DNA of 64,000 nucleotides, from NCBI RefSeq assembly GCF_964204645.1, contig NC_134026.1, forward strand, positions 10,935,950 to 10,999,949, written 5' to 3'. Under the pieces are notes generated by a model. It did not search any database. It saw nothing but the letters and a program-made list of their open reading frames with translations, and was not told the origin of the DNA. This DNA comes from Tubulanus polymorphus (taxonomy: Eukaryota; Animalia; Nemertea). The position numbers and the translations under genes are program-made. Positions 12,861 through 22,598 of the stretch are shown here, one piece after another. Within the stretch, counting starts at the first letter, position 1. The number at the start of each line of letters is the position of its first letter.

Positions 12861-13105
12861 AACTAGAATTTAACTAGAATGTAACTAGAATTCAACTAGA
12901 TTAACAAGCTTGTTGAAATATTGTTGTTTTTGTTTATTTCTAGTTAAATCTAGTTGATTTTTGTTTCAACTACTAACAACTAGAATTCAACTAGAATGTA
13001 ACTAGAATTAAACTAGATTAACAAGCTAGTTAAAATATTGTTAAATCTATTTGATTTTTGTTACAACTACCAATAACTAGAATTCAACTAGATTAACAAA
13101 CTAAT
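12861..13105. repeat. Intergenic array of AACTAGA(A)T units (about 11-bp period) with higher-order duplication
   Basis: About ten direct AACTAGA copies in three blocks plus inverted TCTAGTT copies, between the ATPase stop and the next gene. Confidence 0.85.
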
Positions 13106-13110
13106 TGAAT

Positions 13111-13719
13111 TTAAATAAATTCATATTTAAATGGGTGTTGTAATCTAAATAGTAATTTTGATCTTTTAATATTTTTCAACTTATCCATATATTCATTATG
13201 TAAATCATGTGGAATAATATCATTTTCCTCAAGTGCATTTTTCATCGATTTTCTATCTTTATTGTAGAATAAAACTAGAAATCTAATGTTTTCGCTAAAG
13301 TCTTTAACAATTGAATTATATTTTTGATTTAAAACCCAAGTTGTTATCCCAAAATGTCTCCCAGAGAAAGCTAAATAGCATAACTCACTTTCTCTAACTT
13401 TTGAATCATGTAGATTAGCACAATCATCTATAATGAATAATGTATTTGATCCTTTATAAATATCAATTGCTATTTTAATACAATTATCTAAATTTTCTTT
13501 TACTGTTTTAGGATCTAATATAATAAATTTATTATTCCTAGTAATATTTCTATCATAAGTTTGATTAAATTCATATGTTGGACAAAATAATACTATATTA
13601 TGAAAATAGTTTTCATAAACAGTTTCTAATAAATTTAATATAAAATAAGTTTTTCCACAATTTGTTACACCAGAAATTAACATATTATGAGGCTCAAATA
13701 TGAATAATTCCTTATTCAT
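13111..13719 (-). CDS. A32/FtsK-like genome packaging ATPase
   Basis: Walker A ISGVTNCGKT, Walker B LFIIDD, GRH motif and downstream NQ; next to integrase and capsid genes. Confidence 0.9.
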   Translation of the reverse strand: MNKELFIFEPHNMLISGVTNCGKTYFILNLLETVYENYFHNIVLFCPTYEFNQTYDRNITRNNKFIILDPKTVKENLDNCIKIAIDIYKGSNTLFIIDDCANLHDSKVRESELCYLAFSGRHFGITTWVLNQKYNSIVKDFSENIRFLVLFYNKDRKSMKNALEENDIIPHDLHNEYMDKLKNIKRSKLLFRLQHPFKYEFI

Positions 13720-14847
13720 TTATATATTTTTAATTTTACTTGATAATATCCATTCATTGAATTTATCTGGCCATCCAACCCATTTTACTAAAGAATATTT
13801 TTTTCTTTTAATAGTTTTTGTTTTTAATACTTTTTCAATTTTATATTCTTGTTCTAGATTTTCAGTAGTTAAACTTAATTCTTCTTCGTAAAAGTAGCCA
13901 TCAACTTCTTCACCATCTAAATCTTCTAATTTATAGACATATGGTTTTGTTGTTATTACCTTTTTTATTTTATATATTTCTCTAGTAAAATTTCGATCGT
14001 ATCCTTTATCAAATATCTTTTTATACTTAGAAATTCTAACATTTTGACCAACTTTAAATTTAGGTTCACCAAAATCATCTACAAGAAATGCTCCATATAA
14101 ATTATTCCAAACAATTTCAGCATTTTCAGGTTTTCTAGCATCAATAGGTTTCATTCCAATAGAAGAATGATAAGAATTATTATATCCTTCTATCAATTTT
14201 GGTAAAACATCAATCCATTTAAAAGTATTATTTGCTGTAAAATATTTCTACATTCTTGTTCTTAATGTTCTATTAAATCGTTCAACAACTGCTGCTTTTT
14301 TATCTGATTTTGTTGAAAAATATTTAATATTATGATTATCTAAGAGTTCATGAACAAGTGAATTATCAAACTCTTTTCCATCATCAAATTGTATTTTTTC
14401 TGGTTTTAGTTTATCATCCGAAAGAGATTTTCTTAAAACATTTGATGTTTGTTCAGCATCTTTTCTATAAAGTGGGAAGCTCCATACATAACGACTAAAA
14501 ATATCAATTATATTCAATAACCACCAATAATCATCATTATCTTTCTTAACATTTTTCATATCAATTAAATCTCCTTGCCACTGTTGATCTACATAACTTA
14601 CCATAGTTTTACGAGTTTTAGATTTTCTAACAATTTTTTTATGTGTTGTGTATGTTGGTTGTTCTAACATAAATTCATTTATATCTTTATATTTAATTAA
14701 ATTGTGTGGGATTATCTTATCTAATTTATCTTGTTTTACTTTACGCCATATATTTTTAGTAGAAGAATAAGCAACTGAACTCTCAGGGTTGTAATATAAA
14801 TTTCTTAAATATTGTTCTTTAGTATTAGGAGATTTTTTACCACCCAT
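13720..14847 (-). pseudogene. Retroviral-type (rve) DDE integrase with C-terminal chromodomain; one in-frame stop
   Basis: WQGDLIDM / IQFDDGKEF / VVERFNRTL triad; TAG at 14248-14250 is followed in frame by KYFTANNTFKWIDVLPKLIEGYNNSYHSSIG; chromodomain YKIEKVLK...YSLVKWVGWPDKFNEWI. Confidence 0.92.
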
Positions 14848-14877
14848 TTATATACGCTTAATTTTAACTTTATATTT

Positions 14878-16125
14878 CTAATATTGAATACTATCTAATT
14901 GTGAATTTACTATATTTAATTGTGCATCAGATATAATATAAATGTGCATTTTAAAATTTTTGATTCCTTTATTCTTTGTCATGAATAATTGTATTCCATC
15001 TTTAGTGTTCTGTAGTTTTTTCCCAGAACCATGTAATGAATTATCCTCTGTTGTTCTAAAATCTAACCATAATGCATATTTACTACCGGTATAATAATCA
15101 ATTTGATTAATATTACAATTTTCAAATGATTTTACTTTTTCATTCATAAAATGTTTTCTAATTTCTGGCCATTGATCTATCATTCTCATTCCTTGACAAA
15201 ATATTTTATTTGCTATTCCTTCGATAGTTATTTCTACTTTTGTTATTTCAGGATTATAATAATTATCAACATTTATTGCGCCATTAGTATATGTTGCAAT
15301 GGTAAAAAATATTAATATACCTTTAATAGATCTTCTTGGGAAGTTAATATTCTCATTAATTATTTCATCATTTGCATTAATAGTTACGGTTTTAAATTTA
15401 TCAATATAATCATATAATAATGAAAATCCTTGATTGTATTTAGTTTGAATTATACTTGAAATATTTTCATCAGTTACTGTATCATATTCTAAACATATAT
15501 TCGATAATTTATAACTCATATCTTTATTAACGCTAGATAATACAATTTCATTTACAGGAGCAAATGTTATTTCGAATATAACGTCTTCTTGAATTGCGTA
15601 TTTATATAAAGGTGCATTATTATTTATCAATTCAAAATCTAATGGAATTTTATATTTGCTTCCATATATACTTTTTATCAATTTATCTACAGCATTAGTT
15701 AATATTGCGCTATTAGCTTCTGATCTTAATTTATTTTGGTTTTCTGATTGGATGCCTTGAAATATCATATTATTTCTATTTTCTTTAGTTAACCATAAAT
15801 CTTTATAATGCATAAATAAATTATAATCATCTAATGAGAAAACTGTTTCCGGACCAATCTTTATTGTTAACTTTTTAATCAAATATCTTCCAACATTATC
15901 AACAACATAATTATTATTATTACCGATTACTTTTATATCGGCCGATAAATAAATACTATTTGGAACATAAAAAGTATTTTTTGTTAATCTAGGAATTCTA
16001 ACGTATAAAGTTTCATCGGGATTAATATTTGAAGGGTTATGAGTAATTATACGATGTGATCTTTCTGCTTTAATAGCATAAGATATTCTAGAAATCTTAG
16101 AAGGATTGATATAACTCCCACTCAT
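14878..16125 (-). CDS. Major capsid protein (double jelly-roll), Polinton type
   Basis: 415-aa beta-rich ORF (THNPSNINPDETLYVRIPRL...YKLSNICLEYD...ALWLDFRT...LHGSG...YIISDAQLNI) resembling invertebrate Polinton capsid proteins; size and context fit. Confidence 0.8.
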   Translation of the reverse strand: MSGSYINPSKISRISYAIKAERSHRIITHNPSNINPDETLYVRIPRLTKNTFYVPNSIYLSADIKVIGNNNNYVVDNVGRYLIKKLTIKIGPETVFSLDDYNLFMHYKDLWLTKENRNNMIFQGIQSENQNKLRSEANSAILTNAVDKLIKSIYGSKYKIPLDFELINNNAPLYKYAIQEDVIFEITFAPVNEIVLSSVNKDMSYKLSNICLEYDTVTDENISSIIQTKYNQGFSLLYDYIDKFKTVTINANDEIINENINFPRRSIKGILIFFTIATYTNGAINVDNYYNPEITKVEITIEGIANKIFCQGMRMIDQWPEIRKHFMNEKVKSFENCNINQIDYYTGSKYALWLDFRTTEDNSLHGSGKKLQNTKDGIQLFMTKNKGIKNFKMHIYIISDAQLNIVNSQLDSIQY

Positions 16126-16145
16126 TTATTTAACAAAAAAATTAA

Positions 16146-17609
16146 TTATTTATTTTTTATTATGTTTACTAACCCAAAAATAATTGCACTTACAACTGTA
16201 ATTAAAAATAAAATAATATGTTCAGCAGCAAAGTTAATAATGTTTCCTGCAGATTTCAATATAAAACCAACAATTGATGCAATAACTCCTGGTAAAGCTG
16301 CAGCAGATTTCTTTGATAGTTCCCATAAATATTTTGCTAATTTCTTTAAACCATCTTTAACTTTATCTTGTATAGAATTATTATCATTCGGGGGTTTATC
16401 CGGTTTATTGGGAGTGGGAGTAGATTTCAAAGCATTTGATATAGCTAAACCAATTGTTGTAAATAACATAGTTACAGCTGTTAGAATTGAAAGAATTGTT
16501 ATTCCTTCTAACTTAAATAATAATTTTATTCTATCTTTCAATGATATTTCAGAATTTGGTTTTATTAGATATCTTTTAAAAACATCTTTTAACCTTTTAA
16601 AATTATTACCATATTCTTTTAATAATATATCTCTTTCTTCTTTCTGTAATTCTATATTATATTTTAAATCATCAATTTCTTTTTCTAAACGTAATTCTTT
16701 TTGCCTATATTCTATTTCTTCAATAACTTTATTATCTCTATCTAATTTCAATTGTTCTATTTCTTCATTTTTATCAGTTAATTCTTTTTCTAAAGTTCTA
16801 ATTTTAAAATCTATTATACTTTTATCATGTGCAATTTTATCAGATGCAAGCCTTATACTAATAATCTCTCTAATTGCTTTATCAGAAAATATATTTAAAT
16901 TTTCTAATTCTTGATCTGTTGCATCAAGTAATCCCTTCGGTAAAATTTTTTCAGTTTGAACTTCTCTTGAATTAGGTCTACTAGTTTTGGAATTAATAAC
17001 TTCTTTAGTAATTGTTTCTGTTTCTAAATTTTCATTAATTATCTTAAAAAATTTAGCATTTCTTTGTTTAAATTCTTTAAAATTAACAGTTCTTTCTTTT
17101 TTTGTAACATCAGTTATAACATCATTATTGATTTTCTTAATTCTAGATGGTTCTAATAAATTAGAAGTTGATTGTGTTATTATTTTATCGTTACTTTTAA
17201 TATTTAAAATAATAAAATAATAGTCGCCTTTCAATTTCCAATAATAAACGCCATTTAAATATTTCAAATCTTTTGCCAATTTATCCATACCTTTATCTGT
17301 TATATTGAAACCAGATTCTTTTAATATTGGTTTAAATTCATCAGTAATTTCATCATAATTTAATTCTTTATTTATTAAACCTGGGACTAAATTTTCAGCA
17401 CGTATTTTCGATCTAGCTCCTTTAATATATTCATTTGTTGATTGTGGTTTAGAACCAGGAACAACTTCGGGTGTATTTAAATTAGAATTATATGCTGTTT
17501 TATTATCATTACTATAACTTGTTTCACTAAAATCAAGTGGTTGTTCATCACTTATACCAGGTTCATCTAAAGGATCCACCAATGGAAAACCTTCTCCACC
17601 TTCTGCCAT
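16146..17609 (-). CDS. Coiled-coil protein with C-terminal hydrophobic/amphipathic helices (487 aa), putative virion membrane protein
   Basis: Long E/K-rich heptad region, then GITILSILTAVTMLFTTIGLAI, a Pro-rich linker, AAALPGVIASIVGFIL and HIILFLITVVSAIIFGLV. Confidence 0.8.
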   Translation of the reverse strand: MAEGGEGFPLVDPLDEPGISDEQPLDFSETSYSNDNKTAYNSNLNTPEVVPGSKPQSTNEYIKGARSKIRAENLVPGLINKELNYDEITDEFKPILKESGFNITDKGMDKLAKDLKYLNGVYYWKLKGDYYFIILNIKSNDKIITQSTSNLLEPSRIKKINNDVITDVTKKERTVNFKEFKQRNAKFFKIINENLETETITKEVINSKTSRPNSREVQTEKILPKGLLDATDQELENLNIFSDKAIREIISIRLASDKIAHDKSIIDFKIRTLEKELTDKNEEIEQLKLDRDNKVIEEIEYRQKELRLEKEIDDLKYNIELQKEERDILLKEYGNNFKRLKDVFKRYLIKPNSEISLKDRIKLLFKLEGITILSILTAVTMLFTTIGLAISNALKSTPTPNKPDKPPNDNNSIQDKVKDGLKKLAKYLWELSKKSAAALPGVIASIVGFILKSAGNIINFAAEHIILFLITVVSAIIFGLVNIIKNK

Positions 17610-17625
17610 TTACATAATAAAAAAA

Positions 17626-18951
17626 TTAAAATTTAAAATATAATATTCCTCCGATTACAATTCCTATATAAGTAAAAGCTAATTTAGTATTTTCATGGTA
17701 TTTATTATCATTATCAGTTTTAATTATATCATGTTGAATATTATCAGTTTTAATATTTTCTGTAGTATTGGAATCTTTTATTTTGGAATCATTATTTAAT
17801 TTGATATTATTAGTTTTAGTTTCAGTTGATTGAATGTGTTTTTTATTTTTTTCACCTTCCATTAATTTTGGAGCAGTGATAATCTTTTTATTTATATCAT
17901 TCAATCCAAATGAATTATTTATTGTTGCAGTTTTAATTAGATTATTATAACCAATTATATTTCCCATCTTTAATACTAAATCATTAGAAATAATAAATAG
18001 ATTAGGGCCTATACAATAATTTAATCTAATATGTGATTTATCTAAATAATTTTGATATCTTACAATGTTTTCTGGAATCGATCTATTTTTATCATTATGA
18101 ATTGAATCTTCAAATAATACTTTGAATTGTTTCTGCGCATCAAATGAAGTGTTATCATTTCCAATTATTGGGGATCTTGTTTCAACTTGCGCACCTAGAA
18201 TACATATCAAATAAGTTCTAATAGATTGATTTATTCTTTGTATTCCAGCTTTAGTAAAACCTTCACTATTTTCTAAAATGAAATTAACCCAACCATTATT
18301 GTTTTGTTGTTGTATATTATTATAATATTTTGGTAATTCATTCCAATTTAGTGTTCTTATATCTGAATTTGTCATTATTTTTCCAAATTCTTTAGTATAT
18401 AATATTCCTAATCCACCCATTGTTCCAATTTTTGCTCTAAAATCTTTATTTGAATTAATATTAAATTCATTACATATTTTATAAAACTTAGAAAAATTAA
18501 TATTATTATTCAATTCTTTAAAATATTTTGAACCTGGTAAAGGACATTCTAATTCATCTAATATTAATTTTATTTGAAAATATGTATGAAATCTAAAAAG
18601 TGATAACATCAATGGTAAACTTGGTTTGTTTAAATGATCATTCCAACTAATTCCACATCCTGTTGTTGCGCAATAAACAGCGAAATTTAATTGGTTCTGC
18701 CAATACTTCATATTAGATTTTGATAACCATTGTTTTGCCTCATTTAAATTTTTGAAATTAATTGTATACACATGAAATATATTTTCCATCTTTACATGAA
18801 AATTATTACTTTCAGTAACATAAATATATAAATCAATTAATGAATTTAAAACTTCATTTCTATATGTAATATCTTTATTAAAATCTATTGCTGGAATATT
18901 ATATTTAATTGATTTATTATATTGGAAAGCTTTTGGAAAACTATCGACCAT
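17626..18951 (-). CDS. Polinton hypothetical protein with C-terminal membrane anchor (441 aa)
   Basis: Intact ORF with TAAATG start, WQNQLNFAVYCATTGCGIS motif and terminal hydrophobic segment LAFTYIGIVIGGILYFKF. Confidence 0.8.
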   Translation of the reverse strand: MVDSFPKAFQYNKSIKYNIPAIDFNKDITYRNEVLNSLIDLYIYVTESNNFHVKMENIFHVYTINFKNLNEAKQWLSKSNMKYWQNQLNFAVYCATTGCGISWNDHLNKPSLPLMLSLFRFHTYFQIKLILDELECPLPGSKYFKELNNNINFSKFYKICNEFNINSNKDFRAKIGTMGGLGILYTKEFGKIMTNSDIRTLNWNELPKYYNNIQQQNNNGWVNFILENSEGFTKAGIQRINQSIRTYLICILGAQVETRSPIIGNDNTSFDAQKQFKVLFEDSIHNDKNRSIPENIVRYQNYLDKSHIRLNYCIGPNLFIISNDLVLKMGNIIGYNNLIKTATINNSFGLNDINKKIITAPKLMEGEKNKKHIQSTETKTNNIKLNNDSKIKDSNTTENIKTDNIQHDIIKTDNDNKYHENTKLAFTYIGIVIGGILYFKF

Positions 18952-18967
18952 TTATATAACTAAAAAA

Positions 18968-19400
18968 TTAATAATTTATTAATTCTTTTAATAATTTATC
19001 TTGTTCTTCAACTGTTATATGACCATTTAAACTTATGATATAATCTAGTGTGTTCTTTAATTTATTAATTTCTTTTATATTAGTTTTAATTTTTTCTTTA
19101 TTACTTTTTATATTTAATTTTGAACTTATACCGGTTAAAACACTTGAACTTAATCCTAACACACCAATTGATATAGCTAAAGGTGTTAATGGACTGAATA
19201 TTGCTAAAATGTTATTACAGAACTAATTGTAACCGAACCACTTATAATCAAATAATATATAATTTTACTTTTTAAATATTTTTTCTTTTTAACTTTTAAG
19301 TCACTTTCAAATTCTAATATTTGTTTTCTAAATATGTTTTTAATTTAGTTTTATTTATATCATGAGGAATAATATCAATACTATCAACTTTATCTTCCAT
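18968..19400 (-). pseudogene. Small membrane protein gene with two frameshifts
   Basis: Starts MEDKVDSIDIIPHDINK at T8-GCTAAA-TAAATG (ATG 19400); single-base losses in A/T runs near 19320 and 19207 would join it to the 18968-19162 ORF; two hydrophobic segments. Confidence 0.65.
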
Positions 19401-19424
19401 TTATTTAGCAAAAAAAATTACTAA

Positions 19425-19816
19425 TTAGTAAAACTTATAAGCAACAAATATAACAATAACTGTTCCACCTAAAATCCAAATTATTTCATATTTCTGTTGT
19501 TCTTTACTTGGGGTATAATAATCTGATAATGTAGGTTTGTATAGATGTAATTTTTCTTTATTTGTTACGGCGTTATATAATCTCTATGTGAGATCTTCTG
19601 ATCATATAATTCTTTATTGATGTAATCCATATAGTTTTGTCGTTTTTCTCTATATTCTTCTGCAGCTTTATTGTATTTCTCTAACGCTAAGTTATGTCTT
19701 CTTTGTTCTCCTAATGAACTATTTTTATCAATATGCTTAAATAAATAACCACCACCAGTAAATGCTAAAGCGTTAACAATTGCCGATCCTATAATAGTTA
19801 TAATTGCAGAAGCCAT
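19425..19816 (-). pseudogene. Small membrane protein gene, frameshifted near 19580
   Basis: MASAIITIIGSAIVNALAFTGGGYLF...RRHNLALEKY continues in another frame as KPTLSDYYTPSKEQQKYEIIWILGGTVIVIFVAYKFY*. Confidence 0.7.
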
Positions 19817-19840
19817 TTATTTAGCAAAAAAATTATGCAT

Positions 19841-20062
19841 TTATATAGGAGGAATATATTTTTGTTTTTCCAAATAATCAATTGTTAAATTAGATAAAGT
19901 AACTGCTAACGTTAATTTTAAAATATCATTTATATCAAATCTATCAACATTAACACTTCCCATTTTGAATACTTTTTTTAATACCATTGAATAACCAACA
20001 GTTCCAACTGATAGTAAGGCGCCATTATATAATCCAGTTATTATCCACTTATTATCACTCAT
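19841..20062 (-). CDS. Small hydrophobic Polinton protein (73 aa)
   Basis: T7-GATAAA-TAAATG start, coupled to the stop of the upstream gene; ends DYLEKQKYIP. Confidence 0.7.
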   Translation of the reverse strand: MSDNKWIITGLYNGALLSVGTVGYSMVLKKVFKMGSVNVDRFDINDILKLTLAVTLSNLTIDYLEKQKYIPPI

Positions 20063-20422
20063 TTATTTATCAAAAAAATTACTATCATCAAAATATTTAG
20101 TTATCTTATTTATGATTAATTCAACATTTATTTCATTACTACTTTGATGATTATCATATATTTCAATTATTATTTTTTTAATATCATCGATGATAAAATC
20201 TTCATCTAATTCATAAAATCTTAAAGATTCTCTAATTAAATTAGTAATCTTTTCTATATTTAAAGTTTCTTTATCTATTGTTGTTTCATACTCAAATGTT
20301 GTTTCATTAGAAAATGTAATATTTTTGATGTGTGTAATTACATCATTAATGTTAAATTTCATTTCTTTCTCACGTTTAAAATCAAACCCAAAACATATGC
20401 TCGGCCCAACAGTTATATTCAT
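20063..20422 (-). CDS. Polinton hypothetical protein (119 aa, acidic)
   Basis: T6-CACTATA-TAAATG start; ATGA overlap with the minor capsid stop. Confidence 0.65.
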   Translation of the reverse strand: MNITVGPSICFGFDFKREKEMKFNINDVITHIKNITFSNETTFEYETTIDKETLNIEKITNLIRESLRFYELDEDFIIDDIKKIIIEIYDNHQSSNEINVELIINKITKYFDDSNFFDK

Positions 20423-21213
20423 TTATATAGTGAAAAAATTACTCTTACATTACTCATGCATTTACATCTTATAACTAATTCATATATCACAGGAAAGTTA
20501 TTCAAATCAATTAAATATCCATTATGATTTCTTATTTCTAATTTAAAATTATTAAATTTAGGAATGCATGGTTTGAAATCACATTCAGTTAAATTATAAT
20601 TTATTTGAGTTCCAAATTGTTTAACATTTTTCAGCGGTAAAATATTTAATATACTAGAATTACAAATTGTATATTTAGTTGCTTCGAATGTTTTTGTAGG
20701 CTCGATTAAATTGCAATAAATATAAAAGTGTGTAAAAGGTATTATATTTGAATTACCATCTACGTTTCCTGTAACAGTATCTGGTGCAATTCCTAACAGT
20801 TTAGCTAATGGTTTTTTTACCATAAATGCATGTTGACTTTCATCATATACCTTTATTTTAATTTTATTTGTGCTATCACTTTTTATAAATCTAATTAAAG
20901 ATTTATCTTCTCTTCTAATTTTCAACGGTGCTCTTCGATTAATTTCTTGAGCTAATGTTTCTAAATTATATAATCCTGGTTTTAGAATTATATGAAACCA
21001 TTTATTTACATTTCCATTATGAATTAAAAAAGTATTATCTTCAATAGTTTTATCCGTTATATTATAAAAAGAATTACATAAACTTATATTAACTAATTTT
21101 AAATCTACACAATTTTTATATTCTCTATCTAATTGTACTAGTAAATTATGAGATTTATAATTTGTAAGTTTTCTAGAATCAACAAATATTCTGTATTCCT
21201 TTAATTCTACCAT
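20419..21213 (-). CDS. Minor capsid protein (penton, single jelly-roll)
   Basis: IFVDS...LKLVNISLCNSFYNI...PGLYNLETL...FYIYCNLI...LEIRNHNGYLIDLNNFPVIYELVIR pattern typical of Polinton/virophage pentons. Confidence 0.75.
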   Translation of the reverse strand: MVELKEYRIFVDSRKLTNYKSHNLLVQLDREYKNCVDLKLVNISLCNSFYNITDKTIEDNTFLIHNGNVNKWFHIILKPGLYNLETLAQEINRRAPLKIRREDKSLIRFIKSDSTNKIKIKVYDESQHAFMVKKPLAKLLGIAPDTVTGNVDGNSNIIPFTHFYIYCNLIEPTKTFEATKYTICNSSILNILPLKNVKQFGTQINYNLTECDFKPCIPKFNNFKLEIRNHNGYLIDLNNFPVIYELVIRCKCMSNVRVIFSLYK

Positions 21214-21281
21214 TATTTATAACATAAAAAAATTACCGCTCATCACTAAAAATTAATTTTAATAAAATTTTTCCTTAATAA

Positions 21282-22598
21282 ATGGATGAGAAGATAGCAT
21301 GCGAAATTTGTGGTGAACTTCTAAGAAAAAGCAATATGGCTCGACATATGAAAAAACATGATGAAAATTATAAACCCCCTAAAATAAACTGTCCAAAATG
21401 TAATAAATTATTCTCAAGAAATTATGTTAAAAAACATTCAGAGAAGTGTAGAATTAATGGCGCAACGGCTAATGTTGATAGTAATGAAAGTAATAGTAAT
21501 TCTGCTGAAGTTGAACCTGAAGTTATTTGGAAAAGACCTTTCTTATTCTATGATAAGGATAATATAAAAGATCATTTCTGTGAGCCTTGTCGAATAAAAT
21601 ATAGCCCTGAAAATATAGAAGATTGGGAGAATCATCAATTTCGTAAAGTACATATAGATAAAATTTCTAATAAATTTGAAACTGAATTTAATGAAAGAAA
21701 AAATAATTTATTAGAAAAAATAAAATATGAGAAAACGTTACCAGATAATGAAGAAACAGTTGAAAAGTTAGAAAAACAATATAATGAATTAACAAGAAAA
21801 ACATATTATTGTAAATATTGTAAATTGATTATTACAACAAGTAATTCAAATCTACATAATAGAACAATAAAACATAAAGAAAACGTAAGAAAATACCAAG
21901 AGCTTAATGAAGATCTACTACCAATAAATTATAAACAAAAATGCCCACAATGTATTTATGCGACCTTAAGGCAAGAAGGTACTGTGTTATTTTGTAATGA
22001 ATGTGGATGGCAAAAGAATTTATTGGGTGAAGAAAAAACTAGAGATTTTCTCATAGATCCAAAATTAAATTATCTAGATGAAATATTTAAAATATTTTCT
22101 ATGGAAGATCATACACCAGAATATATGCAATGGCTTGAAAAAATGAAAATAATAGAAAATAAAAATGGTGAAATAACTAAAAAAGATATTATAAAAACAA
22201 TTATTCCACCAACATTTAACACAAAACAAAAGAAAATGTATTTATATTTATTATTTAACGATTATTATGAAAAACCTAAATTAACAGAAGAAGATATGGA
22301 AAATATAAAGAAAATATTCAAACAAATATTAATGTATCATTTGGAAAATAGAATAACAGATTCAATAAATTATGAATTCTTTTTAAATAAGATTGTAAAT
22401 TATTTAAACCTAGATATTATAATTCCATTTGATGAATTAACAAACAAAAAGAAACAAAGAGAGCGAGATGAAATGTGGAACAAGATAGAACTTTATTTAA
22501 ATGAGAAAAATGGAATGGAAGAAGAACCTGAACAATTAAATGAAAATGAAGAAGCCAATAGTGATTTCGAGTATGATGATATTGATTTTATGTTTTAA
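21282..22598 (+). CDS. Zinc-finger protein with C-terminal VLTF3 (poxvirus A2)-like late transcription factor domain
   Basis: N-terminal C2H2-type fingers (CEIC...H, CPKC, CEPC...H, CKYC...HNRTIKH); Zn ribbon CPQC...EGTVLFCNECG; then KLNYLDEIF, PKLTEEDMENIKKIFKQI, SINYEFFLNKI and RERDEMWNKI, matching the VLTF3 family motif order as recalled. Confidence 0.7.
   Translation: MDEKIACEICGELLRKSNMARHMKKHDENYKPPKINCPKCNKLFSRNYVKKHSEKCRINGATANVDSNESNSNSAEVEPEVIWKRPFLFYDKDNIKDHFCEPCRIKYSPENIEDWENHQFRKVHIDKISNKFETEFNERKNNLLEKIKYEKTLPDNEETVEKLEKQYNELTRKTYYCKYCKLIITTSNSNLHNRTIKHKENVRKYQELNEDLLPINYKQKCPQCIYATLRQEGTVLFCNECGWQKNLLGEEKTRDFLIDPKLNYLDEIFKIFSMEDHTPEYMQWLEKMKIIENKNGEITKKDIIKTIIPPTFNTKQKKMYLYLLFNDYYEKPKLTEEDMENIKKIFKQILMYHLENRITDSINYEFFLNKIVNYLNLDIIIPFDELTNKKKQRERDEMWNKIELYLNEKNGMEEEPEQLNENEEANSDFEYDDIDFMF

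Noticed and set aside
16162-17220. Plus-strand ORFs of 250 aa and 77 aa
   Set aside because: Antisense shadows of the 487-aa gene; no TAAATG start; composition mirrors the opposite-strand codons.
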